A stretch of 64,000 nucleotides of DNA from contig OZ024740.1 in assembly GCA_964016885.1 (NCBI GenBank), forward strand, positions 288,982,001 through 289,046,000, read 5' to 3'. This stretch comes from Eledone cirrhosa. Its lineage: Eukaryota. The first letter of the stretch is position 1, and every line of letters starts with the position of its first letter. The notes beneath the pieces were generated by a model. That model searched no databases. It saw only the letters and a program-made list of their open reading frames with translations, and was not told the origin of the DNA. Below, in pieces: positions 1-12,469 of the stretch. The position numbers were made by a program, and so were the translations under genes.

Positions 1-325
1 ACCGTGGTCTGCAGACAGCGGTGAATCTTCCACATTTGTGTTCTGTAGTAGTAGGGTTCCAATCGCTCTGGGTGTATCTGCAGACCTCATGGGGTCTGTT
101 GAATAGTGGTGAATCTTTACGTAGCTTGTACTGTAGTGGGGTGTTCCGATGTCTCTGTGTTTCTGTAGACCTCAAAGGCCTGAAGGTAGCGATGAATCTT
201 TACATAGTTAGTTGTGTATCCTAGCGCTTCGATATCTCTGTGTCTGTAGACCCTTGGGGTCTATTCATAGCAGTAAATCCTTACATAGCTTGTTATAGGT
301 CTAATGCTCTGATGTATCTCTTTTT
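1..325. repeat. Degenerate minisatellite (~85-90 bp unit)
   Basis: Recurrent gtagacc..ggggtct..tagcggtgaatctttacatagc..gatgtctctgtg. Confidence 0.7.
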
Positions 326-497
326 GGGATGATAGCACAGGCTTTATATACCTGTCACTTCCTGTCCCCCACCGCATCAACCTGTCTGCACCAAAAGGGT
401 GTTGACCTAGAATTTAACCTTTAGGTATCACCCTAAGTTCAAGACGCGGACAGATTTCGCTACATATATATATATATATAAATGAATATATATATAC

Positions 498-523
<26 letters not shown>

Positions 524-536
<13 letters not shown>

Positions 537-2113
537 AAATGGAAGATGTCTGTCTGTGTGTGTGTATGATTTTTATACATTTCCACATTTCTCTACCGAT
601 TTTGATGATTTTTTTTCCAATGTGCTCCAAATTTACCATGGATAGTCACCGCGTAATAAACTTTGCCAAACATTTCTTGCTTCTATGAAAAAAATCTATA
701 AAACTAAATGCATGCTGTAACCCTCTCTCTTACATGCTTATTCACTCTCACTACTACCCTAAAAAATCTATGAAACTACATACATGTTGCAACTCTCTCT
801 CTATATATATACACATATACATATACATCTAAAGAGAGAAAGGGAGATGTAGAGAGAGAGTGAGATAGGTCGTTATACAGAGAGAAGTACAAGATTAACA
901 GATAGAGGGACAGAGAGAGAGAGAGAATGGCGACGAACGCTGGTTCACACATACACACACACACACACACAAACACATATATATATAAAGACAGAGAGAG
1001 AGAGATCTGCACGTTCTTTATTGTTCTCCATTCTGTAGAGGAAGAGAGAGAGGGGGTATGAGTGAGAGAGAGAGAGGGTATGAGAAAAAAAGGGAGAGGG
1101 GTTGAGAAAGAAAGAAAGTTTAAGCAAAGAATCGCTGCTTTTAACATTAACTGGATCTTCTGAAACTAAAAAATTCAATCTGTGAACGCAGAATTAAATA
1201 TTTCAAGAAACGTTGCAACCGAAGGAAAACAGGAAGACGATATTTTGGTTCGTGAAGACGTTCCGTGGTAATGAATGGAAAAAAGCGAGGATAATACGTC
1301 GTTATGTGGACCGAGATGAACAATTTCATGCAAAGACGAGACCAAGTTTATGGTATAAATGGAGTCGTTAGACTAATATTCTATTTAAAATAACAGAATG
1401 ATTTCCAGCCCCAGAGTTTAAGAATGATGTAAATAAAATTGTAAACGTAAATGACAGAGGTTATTAAAATAGTTGTTTCTACTTTTGGTACAAGGCCAGC
1501 AATTACCCAGTACATTACTGGTACTTTATTTTATCAACCCCGTAAGGATGAAAGACAAAGTTAACCTCGACGGGATTTTAACTTTGCCTTAAAATAGTAA
1601 AAATAAATAGTGAAGATTTAGGCCAGTACATACGTATGCGCCGACGGACATACACATAAACATACATACGCACACACACACACATGTGCGTGTGTGTAAA
1701 CCTTATGCATTTCTACAGTATTTTCACCAAACTTAAGACATAGGTTACTTATGTAGTCCGGATGGTCATGGGCACTTTCATTTTCCCAGATATTGATTAT
1801 AGGGCCTCCCGGCAGATAACCCTCTTTAACCACTTCCTTGGAGTCGACTGAAACACTGCAGTGCAATGCAACAAAACGTCATAACTTCTGGAGTTCGCAA
1901 AACTTGACACATGGACTACGTTTGTTCTACAGAGGAATGTGAACTCTCAGAATTGGCACATATTGAGTAGGGGTCCCTGGGGGCAGGAACTCCCATTTGG
2001 AAAAAGCCGATGATTTTGTAAAAGTATAGTTTTCGAAGCCGCACTGAAGTATTGACATGACTGGTATACATAACTGCTATTTAATACCCGAGCAACGCCG
2101 GGTACCTCTGCTA

Positions 2114-2114
<1 letters not shown>
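524..2114 (+). mobile_element. Putative non-autonomous Helitron (with nested SINE and microsatellites)
   Basis: 5' tatatataaaat..gatgtctgtctgtgtgtg resembles the 5' end of the 51557-52401 element; 3' TACCCG..CGGGTA hairpin then CTAG|T at 2111-2114. Whether the interior is one element is uncertain. Confidence 0.6.

Positions 2115-2198
<84 letters not shown>
2115..2198. repeat. (TA)n(GA)n microsatellite
   Basis: Read directly; other long tracts at 464-536, 13008-13085, 18612-18765, 43845-43912 and 47850-47978. Confidence 0.95.
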
Positions 2199-2199
<1 letters not shown>

Positions 2200-3428
2200 T
2201 AAATTCCAAACTTGGAAGCAGGGACTAGAAAGAAAGGGTCTCAAAGTGAACTTGACAAAGACTAAGGTCCTTGTAAGTAGACGAGAAAACAGAACCCAGA
2301 TCTCCTCAGGGAAATGGCCTTGCTCACTATGTAGGAAAGGTGTAGGTAGGAACTCCATTCTCTGCCCCAAGTGCAAACAATGGGTACACAAGAGATGTAG
2401 CGGGATCTCAGGAAGCTTAACTAAGAATGTAGGCTTCACATGTAGCAGCTGTGCTGGGACAGCAAGCGCATCAAACAGCCACAGGAAACAAGTACGACCA
2501 ATCTCTGGGAGGGCTCTGTAGAAACAGTAGACAGCTTCTGCTACCTAGGTGACCGAATTAGCAGCGGAAGTGGGTGTTCGGAAAGTACAATAACTAGGGT
2601 AAGAATGGGATGGAAGTAGTTCAGGGAAGCTACTGCCACTGCTAGCTGCAAAAGGCTTTTCCCTCAAAATGAAAAGCAGACTGTATGATGCGTGTATACG
2701 ATCAGCAATGTTACATGGTAGTGAGACCTGGGCGCTGTCTATAGAAGACTTGCGTAGATTAGAAAGAAACGAAGCCTGCATGTTCCGATGGATGTGTAAT
2801 AGTAATATACGCGAACGGCAAAGCATAAATGAATTGAGAGAGAGACTGAGCATAAGAGGAATCAAATGCTGTGTGCAGGAGAGGCGGTTGCGTTGGTATG
2901 GACATGTGATGCGTGTGAAGGATGACAGCTGCATAAAAAGGTGCAGAACACTAGAAGTCGATGGAAACCGCGGAGTGGGGAGACCCAAGAAGACCTGGGA
3001 TGAGGTAATAAAAGCCGACCTTACCCAATTACACCTCTCAAAGGCGACGACACACGACCGTGACCTCTAGCGTCACGCAGTAATACAGAAGACCCGACCC
3101 TCCACGGGTACAAGCCGAAGCTGAAGCATATAGACAATATGCCCCCACACCCTCCCACTGCAAAGTGGTCATGGAGGTGCCACGGCCAAAAAGCACCCAG
3201 CCCACACTGTAAAGTGGACATGTAGGCGCCACGGAAAAAAAGCGCCCAGCACTCACTGTAAATGAGGTTGGTGCTAGGAAGGGCATCCAGCTGTAGAAAT
3301 CAAGCCAGAATCAGTTCCCGTATGAGCAAGACAAGGTCAGCCGACTGAACACTGCCCACAACAGGACAACCCGTCTAACCCATGCTACCATGGAAGAACG
3401 GACGTAAAACGGTGATGATGATGATGAT
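2190..3428 (+). mobile_element. 5'-truncated copy of the same RTE family (PHD + C-terminus + 3' UTR), pseudogenised
   Basis: Near-identical to the reverse complement of ~14543-15770; a frameshift near 2465 and in-frame stops; (GAT)n tail; starts in (TA)n(GA)n. Confidence 0.93.
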
Positions 3429-4572
3429 ACACACACGTCCCACCCTTGCAAGCAGGGAAAAGCGGACGTAAAATGATGATGATAAATAACACACATATAC
3501 ATACATATATACATACACACCTTGGCTTGTGAGGTTGCGAGTTCAATTTCCAGACCAGGAATGTGTTATGTCTTTGAGCAAGACACTTTATTTTACATTG
3601 CTCCTTCTGCCAGGAGTTGCGACCAGTAGATAGTATCAGCAATGAAAAGACCAATGGAAACATTGGTCTTTCCATTGCTGATACATAATGAGTTCCACCC
3701 CACCCGGTAAGCGAATGAAGTTTGGGATCTTGTCAGTCAATTCCTCCTCCTTCTTCCATACATACAGATGGACAGACATATATTTATATATACATACATA
3801 CATACAGACTGATATGTATTTATATATACATGCACATATTTATTTATACATTCTAACCCATGCTAGCGTGGAAGATGGACGTTAAACGATGATGATGATG
3901 ATGATGATGATGATTCATATATACTTATACAGTCATGTATATATGAAAGATAGAAATAATATCTCCCTCCCTCTATTGGGGATTTCGATTGTTATAATTG
4001 TTTGTTTCAATATTTTTACACGACTGTATGTAAAATCCCCGGCATGTGTCTTTGTATTGTCCCCTTTTCTTGTGCGCCCTTGTGGCAAATAAAGAAATAT
4101 ATCTATTTCTCTGAGTGTCTACCTATCTGTCTAGCAATCAACCTAACTGTTTATCTATCTACCTATCTGTCTATCTATCCATCTATCTGCCTGTCTGTTT
4201 GTCTGTCTATGTCAGATTGACTATCTATAGCTGTCTATTTATGTATATTTTCCAATGTATCTATCTTTGGACAAAAACAACAATAACAACAAAGCATGAG
4301 TCCTTATAGCAGTTTGAAAATAGGAACATAGAACAGTCATGGAAATTTAATGGATATATATTTAGTAAAGATTACAGAAAATTGAGTTGAAAATTATTGT
4401 AGTTAATTTAAGTGAATGTACAATGAAATATGGCAATGGCTGGGGTGATAAGAAGCAGAAAGTCAAGGAAAACTTAAGGGTTCAAACATCTTGTTATGTT
4501 GTAATACATTAAATATAAACAAATATATCTCAAATATCAAGTTTGAAACATGAGTGTATTAGAATTCATATG

Positions 4573-4953
4573 GAAGCACATGGCTTAGTAGTTAGAGCAT
4601 TAGCCTTGCAATCGAAAGGTTGTGCGTTCAATTCTCAGACTGGGTGATGTGTTGTTTCCTTGAGCAAGACACTTTATTTCACATTGCTCCAGTTTACTCA
4701 GCTGTAGAAATGAGATGATAGGACTGCTGGGGTCCCTATCATTTCACTGCAAAGTGGTCTTGGAGGTGCCACGGCAAAAAAAGCACCCAGCCCACATTGT
4801 AAATTGGACGTGTAGGCGCCATGGAAAAAAAGCACCCAGCACTCACTGTAAATGTGGTTGGTGTTAGGAAGGGCATCCAGCTGTAGAAATCAAGCCAGAA
4901 TCAGTTCCCGTCCCACCCTTGCAAGCAGGGAAAAGCGGACGTAAAATGATGAT
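4573..4953 (+). mobile_element. tRNA-head / CORE-like SINE with RTE-derived tail (family A)
   Basis: A box tggcttagtag, B box gttcaattc, CORE-like ccttgagcaagacacttt, hairpin, then ~165 bp shared with the RTE 3' UTR and (GAT)n. Confidence 0.88.
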
Positions 4954-6013
4954 AGTAATTGGAAGCTGTTAAAACAGCAAAATGCTGTGAATGGAGGCAT
5001 TGTCTTTCTTTCTTCCTTTGCTTGATGTCGTTCGTACATGTTACTGCCGCTTAGAGAGCCATTGTTTTCCCTTTTTTACAGTGACTTGAAGCGGAGTGGA
5101 CACACTTCATTCTTCTCTCTCTCTCTGACCTGTCTGTCAGCCTATCAATCTATTTGTTTCTCCCATAAACATTATACAGTAAATATTTTTTTTACTATAA
5201 ACCTCATCATTTTTAACAGGTACTATGCTAGTTTATATAGAGAGATTTTGGTGTAGCCACTATAGTCAACATCAGACCTCTGTAACTATCCTTTTATGTT
5301 CTGAGTTCAAATCCTGTTCAGACCCACTGACTTTCATTCTTCAAGCTTGATAAAATAAGTACCAGTTGATAAATTGATAAAATAGGTACTGGTGTTGATG
5401 CAATGAGGTTGTAGTAAGCAATAGTGCTACTTTATCATGGTGGAGTAATTTGGTTGTGCTTGGTCACTCGCCAGCCCTTAGAGTTGGTGGCGTAGGAATA
5501 CTTGAACGAATTCCACCCAGCAGTCGATTTTGCACCTGATTAACAATTCTCTTGCAGTTACATTTGGGAACTTCTACTGAGCAGTACCATGTAACTTGCT
5601 TCCTGATTTTCTTAATCTTGCCCTCTAAAGCCGAGGGTAATCTCGATATATAACTCCGCGGAGAATTATGTTTATCGTTCAACTTGATTATGCGATATGT
5701 TTGTAGCTCTTCACTCGTCTTGTACTTGTATTAATATGAAGAAGAAAATAAATCTTTATTATGTTTTGAAGTATGCCTTCTGATCTTTTCTGCTACCATG
5801 GAATATGAACATCATTATTACATCTGTGTTTTCCTGAAGTAGTAATCACTACTAACATACAAGTCCAACATTGAATTGCTACCTTTATGAATTATGCCGT
5901 TGTGAATCTCTCTTGAATGCTTTTCTGCTACCATTACAACAAAAGTACTTATTACAAAAAGGTGAACCCTAAAAGGTGGTGTCCCAGCATGGCAACAATA
6001 TACCAACTGACTG

Positions 6014-6354
6014 GGTAAACACCGCCTTTGGTCACGAATAATCATGGGATTTGCATCTAGAAAGTTCCCCTCCGAGGCATAAGTCTAGGCAAGGTTGTTT
6101 GTGAAAGACCAGCAGTCGCCCATGCATACCAGTATCCCCTCTCCACACCACCGATGTTGTCCAAGGGAAAGGCAAAAGCTGATACAGCTTGGCACCAATG
6201 ATGTCACAACTCATTTTTACAGCTGAATGAACTGGAGCAACGTGAAATAAAGTTTCTTGCTCAAGAACACAACGCAAAGCCCGGTCTGAGAATCGAACTC
6301 ACAACCTCACGATTATAAGCCTGATGCTCTAATCACTAAGCCATGCGCCTTCAC
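6014..6354 (-). mobile_element. tRNA/CORE SINE with a different 3' half (family C)
   Basis: Same head and CORE-like domain as family A, then ...cccttggacaacatcggtggtgtggagagg...ggggaactttctag...; related copies at 46320-46620 (-) and about 19850-20055 (+). Confidence 0.82.
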
Positions 6355-6673
6355 ACCAACTGAATATTACCACACCATTTAACATCCCCACTGTAGCTGT
6401 TAAATTATGGAATATAGTGTCATTTACACTTTGTACAGTCAAATGGAAAAATTATTATATTCCTGATCTGATTTTATTAATTTTTTTTTTTTTTCAGGAA
6501 AAATCATTTTATTTTGCCAAGCTTTTCAATGTTTATCTTTCTTCATTTAAACACAACTATTCTTTTAACATTTGTAATGTTGAACTTTCAACATAATTGT
6601 GCATCTTTATTTTTTCTCCATTGATCATGTTGAAATCATTGTTAATGTTAGCACATCTTTGGGTATTTTGTAG

Positions 6674-6752
6674 AAAACTCTCCTGTGGCATTAGCAGATT
6701 TCGAGAGCTGCTACGAGCAGTTGAATCTCGTTACACTCAAAGTTTACGACAG
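6674..6752 (+). CDS. TTC7: TTC7 exon A (79 nt): KLSCGISRFRELLRAVESRYTQSLRQ
   Basis: ttttgtag| acceptor and |gtaata donor; one leading base plus 26 codons. Confidence 0.88.
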
Positions 6753-7583
6753 GTAATATTTTATGTGATAAACATTACCTTTTGTGTGTTTTGTTTCTGT
6801 GGTAGAATTATTTAAAACTAACATCTGCTCCATTTATTTCCTCTTATATTACATCAAAGCTCATTTTAAACACTTTTCCCAATCCTTCTTCCCAAAGCTG
6901 TAACTCTCTGGAACTCACTCTCTATCCAACACCTTCCTCGTTAGACATCAACCACATGAATAATCTGTATTATAAAAGAAGAGCTGTTTCTCCACCTGTC
7001 TGCCACACTTATAAGGGCAGGCAACCCCTTTTTTAAGTTGAGAAGAGAAGGTAGATGACTTATGTCATGCTTATAGTTTATTGCAAGCTTAAGAATCTAC
7101 AAGGCTTAGAGGTAATAAGGTAGAAATCTGTAGTAGGGGATGGTGGTGAGGATCCTCCTGAATTTCTGAAGTATCTGTTCATCTAGGATACACCAGGGGC
7201 ATGGTACTTCAATAAATACATCCAAAAATACATCAGAAAGAGATGTCTTAAAGTATTTCAGCTGTCATATTTCAGTTTATTACTTATTGTCAGTTTCTAT
7301 TTCCTGAAGTAGTATTATGTTCTGGGACAAAAGTAAGAAAACACCTACACACACACGGAATCTGAATATAAACATGCTTCTAAAGATATATTTATGTTGA
7401 GTTGCCATTATTATTTACTAGCATCTGAGTTCAAATCCCGCCAAGGTTAACTTTGCCTTTCATCCATACGGGGGGTCGATAAAATAAAGTACCAGTAATG
7501 TACTGGTTAATTGCTGGCCTTGTGCCAAAAGTAGAAACAATTATTATTTACTAGCATATTGTCCACTGAGTGACTTATTTTTC

Positions 7584-7612
7584 TCCCGATCAATGTCGGG
7601 TACTACTGCTAG
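7584..7612 (+). mobile_element. Isolated Helitron 3' terminus
   Basis: cccga-tcaatg-tcggg hairpin followed by tactactgCTAG|t. Confidence 0.5.
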
Positions 7613-8587
7613 TAATTATAATCTAATAATATAACACATCATTTGTTATCTTTATATATACACAGATACCTGAGTCAGAGTAGCAGCTGATAGATAAGTG
7701 CTTCATATCATCTCATCAGCAATTCACAATGTTCTTGGCCAAAGCACTTAACTCCTGCTCATTTAGACCACCTGTTTGTAAACAGATACCATGGATACCT
7801 CTATAAGCAGCAGTAGGTCTTTTATAATTAACAAGTATCTCATTAGATGACTGTAAAGATTTGAAATCTTCCTATGAGCCCTGTGAGATTTAGTAAGGAT
7901 ATACTTCACTGAAAACCTTGTAGATACTACATTAATTTGTTGGTGTTAATTAGCATCACTTGCAATGTCTTTTAGACATGATATTTTAAAAAGCATTAAA
8001 ATAAACCTTACAAGGCCTAAAGAGGAAATTAACATTTGAAAAAGGTTAGTCCGAGAAAGAAAAACTGTGCAAATGGTTTCTAGTTAAATTGATGCAACCT
8101 CCATGCCCAGTTTGAAGAGCATAGCAAAGGAGGGAACTGTCTGTCTGATTTGGATATTTACAACACAGCACTCAAGAACCATAAGGTGGTGTTAAAATTG
8201 CCAGTAATGTAGCACAGGTGAATTCATGACTCAGTCTTTAGCAATGATTCAGATTTTTAATCTGGGCTTGATGGCCACAAATTGTTTTTTTTAGAAAGAG
8301 GTGTAGTTGATTTTATCAATTCCAGTATATTACTGGTACTTAATTCTTTGATTTTGGAAGAATGAAAAGCAAGAATTGAATTCAGGATGTAAAGGGATGT
8401 AACTTAATACAGCAAGGCATTTAGTTTGCCATCAGCTACTATGAAGAATCAAGCTTCATATCTCCTAGAGATACAAAGTTTGATTCTTCGCAGCAGTCAA
8501 TGGCAACTTCTTTTTCTGTCTCTAAGGGTGTTCATCCTATTTTATAACCTACTTTATAGCATCTCCACACATGAGCACACCACTCTT

Positions 8588-8622
<35 letters not shown>

Positions 8623-8632
8623 TAATAATAAT

Positions 8633-9968
8633 GATTTCTTTATTGGCCACAAGGGCTGACATCAAGAAAAACATTACAGACGGCACAGGACGGTACGATG
8701 TGGGTTTTGTGCGTGTAAATATTTTTATTATTTATATAAGAAAAGAAAAAAAGGACATAGAAACATATATATATATAAACAATAAAAATGAAAATTGAAA
8801 CAATGAAAAATTCCCCAATAGGGGGGAAACCTCCGAGAGTTACTCGTGGCGAAAACCACTCAAAAGACCACGGCCACCCTGACCACCAGGGCACGCGCCC
8901 CCTCTCAATTTTTCCATTTCTCAAACTACAGACGTATATTCAGAGCGGTCCCGTTCACTCGGACCATTCTCGCTACATTTACCCACCTTTCAACAAACTT
9001 GCTAGAGGGCAGCACTTGCCTCTCCACCCTGATTTTCCTCTTCAAGTGAAACTTGAAAAAGTTAATTAGGGATTCGCCGAAGAGGAAAGTGTCTGTCTTT
9101 AACCCTTTCAACCTTGTCCACCACGCAATCTCTTTCGCCATGACCACCAGGCAGATGAAAACCGCCTGCCCTCGAAGGAAGACGGCGAGACCATCTCTAC
9201 AATGGACTCAGTCGATAACTGGATCAGTCCTACACACGACAGCAACTGTTCGACATAGCTCCACAAGTCAGCAATGCTCGGGCACCGAACGAGTGCGTGC
9301 AGGATGGTTTCGTCGCTCTGCGCGCATCTCGGACAGGCTCGGCTGACGGCACTTCCGTGCCTGTAGAGCTTATCTCGAACCGGCAGCGCTCCCCAGTAGC
9401 ACTGCCAGGCCAGGGATTTTTGGAAGTTATCCATAGGCCCTGGGCTGAAAGTTCTCCGGAAGAGAGCAAACAGCTGATCTTCTTCGACGCCCAGGATCTC
9501 TCCGAGAATGTCGTCGCTCTTCCCCTCCACTAGTCCTCTATAGAACGCCGAGGTGGATGTTCCACCGATACTGGTGCCCAGCTGGCAGAGAGCAGTGAGC
9601 ACCTGGAGACATTCCAGTTTCCAAGCGCTATCCCTCGGTCTTTTTCTGACCCAGGACTGCAGCTCCGTCAAGGAGACGAGCTGTGGGAAAACGTGCCTGG
9701 CGAACGGCGACCACACCTGTTCACCGTCAAGGAAGCACCAGAGATGTCGCAGCCTCAGCGCATGTTTGCGCATCATCAGCCATGGCATGCCCAGTCCTCC
9801 ACGCAAAGGGTGTTGGCAGCAGATGGATCGTCTGACCATGGGAGCGCGTCCCTTCCACAAAAAGCGGAAGAGGAGGCGCTCCATTTTGGTGAGAGTTGGG
9901 CTGGAGCAAGGGACGACGGTGAGGTGGTAGCAGATGACGGATGTGATGTACGCATTTGCGACCTCCGG
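8633..9968 (-). mobile_element. Tx1/L1-clade LINE 3' fragment (ORF2 C-terminus with CCHC zinc knuckle)
   Basis: FRFLWKG, HPLRGGLGMP, ALPVRDKL, CPRCAQSDETILHALVRC; 3' end aataaagaaatc followed by (ATT)n. Confidence 0.85.
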
Positions 9969-10405
9969 AATAATAAAAACAATAATACTTAATCTATAGG
10001 ATTTATGATCCCATGAGTTGTCTAGCACATGATGACTATTGATGACTGTAGATGGGTAAATATGTAAATATTGATTGATTGATTAATTGATTCACTAATG
10101 TAAGCTATCCTTTAGAAATTCTACTTCAGGTAGAATTGTAATAAAGCATCTGCCACCATTTTTATGTTTCTACTAATTTCTGGTTATTCTCCACCTCCAT
10201 TACAATGATTATCCCACCCAGCTGTTGCATGGTCTTTTACATCATTCTGCTTTATTACTTTCAATGGCAAAATACCTGATTAAGTGGTATAGAATGGATT
10301 TTCATCAGTTTTAACGATGAGCATTCGAGCTATTTGATCAATTGTGCAGCCTGCTCATAAAATTAATGTACAAGGGGCCGAGCATTCCATAGACACATGT
10401 AGCCT

Positions 10406-10700
10406 TAACCATTTAGCATTTACATTACTCTACATTTGTTATTATATTTTCATGGTAAAGGCTTTATCTCACATAATATCAAATCTATGAGATTTTGATA
10501 TTATTTATTTGGAGAACAATATTTTAACGTCAGTATGAGTGACCGGTTACAGCTGGTTTGAACAGAAAGAGGTAAGAGAATTTTGACTGGATATGGCCGG
10601 TTTAACCCTTTGGCATTTAAACTGGCCATATCCAGCCGGAATTCCCAGTGAGATTCTATGTAACACAGTATCTGACTAGGCTGCACTTTGAATTATAAGT
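10406..10700. mobile_element. Same MITE family, with a second copy fused in inverted orientation
   Basis: 10406-10605 is collinear with 39267-39480, followed by ttaaccctttggcatttaaactggccatatcc (a new TIR). Confidence 0.7.
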
Positions 10701-11262
10701 ACAGTCCATCTGACAGGCTTCCAAACATATTCCACATTCATTACCCTTGTCTCGCTATCATGTAGCTTTGAACTTCTTTCATATTCTTCAGTCTGCTTTC
10801 CACATGAAGATGTTGTCAACCTTTTGTAGACAGCATAAATAACCATTCTATAAACTTATTCCACCCCTTCATCGCTCCAGCAACCATGTTTCCACATTAA
10901 TCACCACCAGTCTTCCTTCCAGCACTAATTATCAAACTATATCTAGTGAACCATCTGAATAGTTCATAGATTTCATTTCATCATCACTGCCAATTACCTC
11001 CGTGCATCCATTACACCTGAAGTCCTGTCTCATTATTCAAGCATTAAGAAATATAATCTATTTGTATTGTGTAACATCTGTCTTATTAGTCCTGGGATTA
11101 CTTCAGGATTTCATAACTATTTTTCTATAAGTCTCATTATTCAAGCATTATGAAAATCAATGTTATGCCTGCAACTTTTAACTGTTTTAATAATATCTGT
11201 ATTCATGCAAGTATCTGTATATTATTACCCTTTTAGTAACTTTTAAGTTTTACCATATTTAG

Positions 11263-11399
11263 GTTCTTTCCCGTCAGCTGGCTGAAGTTTTGTTAAGGGG
11301 TGTCTGTGAAAGAACATATATTCAATTAGATCTCAACCCTGAGAATTCAGAAACAAAATGTGGAAACACAGCTGTTCCCAGAATGTATAGTGGAGATAA
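11263..11399 (+). CDS. TTC7: TTC7 exon B (137 nt): VLSRQLAEVLLRGVCERTYIQLDLNPENSETKCGNTAVPRMYSGD(K)
   Basis: atttag| acceptor and |gtaagt donor; phase 0 in, phase 2 out. Confidence 0.9.
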
Positions 11400-12469
11400 G
11401 TAAGTAAAGCTTTGGAATTTTTTGTGAAAATGTTTAGAAAATATTTGGCTTGAATATGAGTTGAGAATATTAGGAGAAAAAAATGTACTGTGTGCTACTG
11501 GTTGATAGTGGCTTAGTCAGAAGCAGAACAATGAAGATGTATTAAGTTTACATATCAGTCAGTCATCTCTGTATTTAACAATGAGTATTGCTAATGGAAA
11601 GTGTGGATAGCCAAGGGAATATAGTCTAAGACAAACTTCCCAAAGAGCAGTGGGTCATATCCCATTGCTAGCAATGTGTTGTGTTTATATTTCTGACAAT
11701 TAACTCTCAAATAACTGTCTGTGTAGATGTATATGAACTGAGCAAGGCATAGAGGCAGCACAGTAAAATTGACATGCATTCCTTTAGTTTTCAATTTTGG
11801 CTTTAACTCCTCTTCTGAGTAATGTTTGGAAACAGGTAGATGGACTTGTTGACTAGGTTGACTTGTCATCCGCTTTTCCATGCTGTCATGAGTTCAATGA
11901 AACACTTTATTGAGGCAGTTTTTCTATTGTTTGATATCCTTCCTGATGCCAACCCAAATGTTGTTTTTAAGTATGGTATATACCACTCATCTTCATCAAA
12001 CTGGCCAGCTGTGACATATATTGTTTTTATAGAACATAATAAGTGCCAATACTTTTAAGTGGTGTCAATATGAAGACAAAGTTGACACACACAAACACGA
12101 ATACACGTGTATACATCACACACATACACACATACATATATCAACATCATCATTTTATGTCCACTTTCCATGTTGATATGGTTTAGTTGGGTTGTCATGG
12201 TTTGAGACTGGCCTGGTTAGAGGATCTCTTCTTACTTGTATGTTCCATTTTTGGCATGGTTTCTATAATCCCCTTTCTAATGTCAACAACTTTACAGAGT
12301 GGATTTGGTGCATTTTATTGTGGAAGCAGCACAAGTGAGTTTGTCTTGGGGCTCATAAAACTAAAGGGCACTCACTATCCTATGTTGTCTCCACTCAGTG
12401 AAGGCAATATCACCTAGAGAGTAGATAGACAAAACAGCAATGACAGAAGGACCACGGTGAATAGGTAGT

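Noticed and set aside
482-1178. Short ORFs rich in YI/CV/SL/HT dipeptides (also 18505-18786, 38455-38758, 43736-44176, 47787-48090)
   Set aside because: They are translations of (TA)n, (TG)n, (GA)n and (CA)n microsatellites.
4573-4645. tRNA gene (A and B boxes)
   Set aside because: No full cloverleaf, and it continues into CORE and LINE-tail sequence; it is a SINE head. The same applies at 6280-6354 and 48260-48330.
5210-5256. Possible additional TTC7 exon after ttttaacag
   Set aside because: No TTC7-like translation and no convincing donor; the eight called exons already join in frame without gaps.
11027-11151. 20-bp direct repeat gtctcattattcaagcatta upstream of exon B
   Set aside because: Small local duplication with no recognisable element between the copies and no effect on the acceptor.
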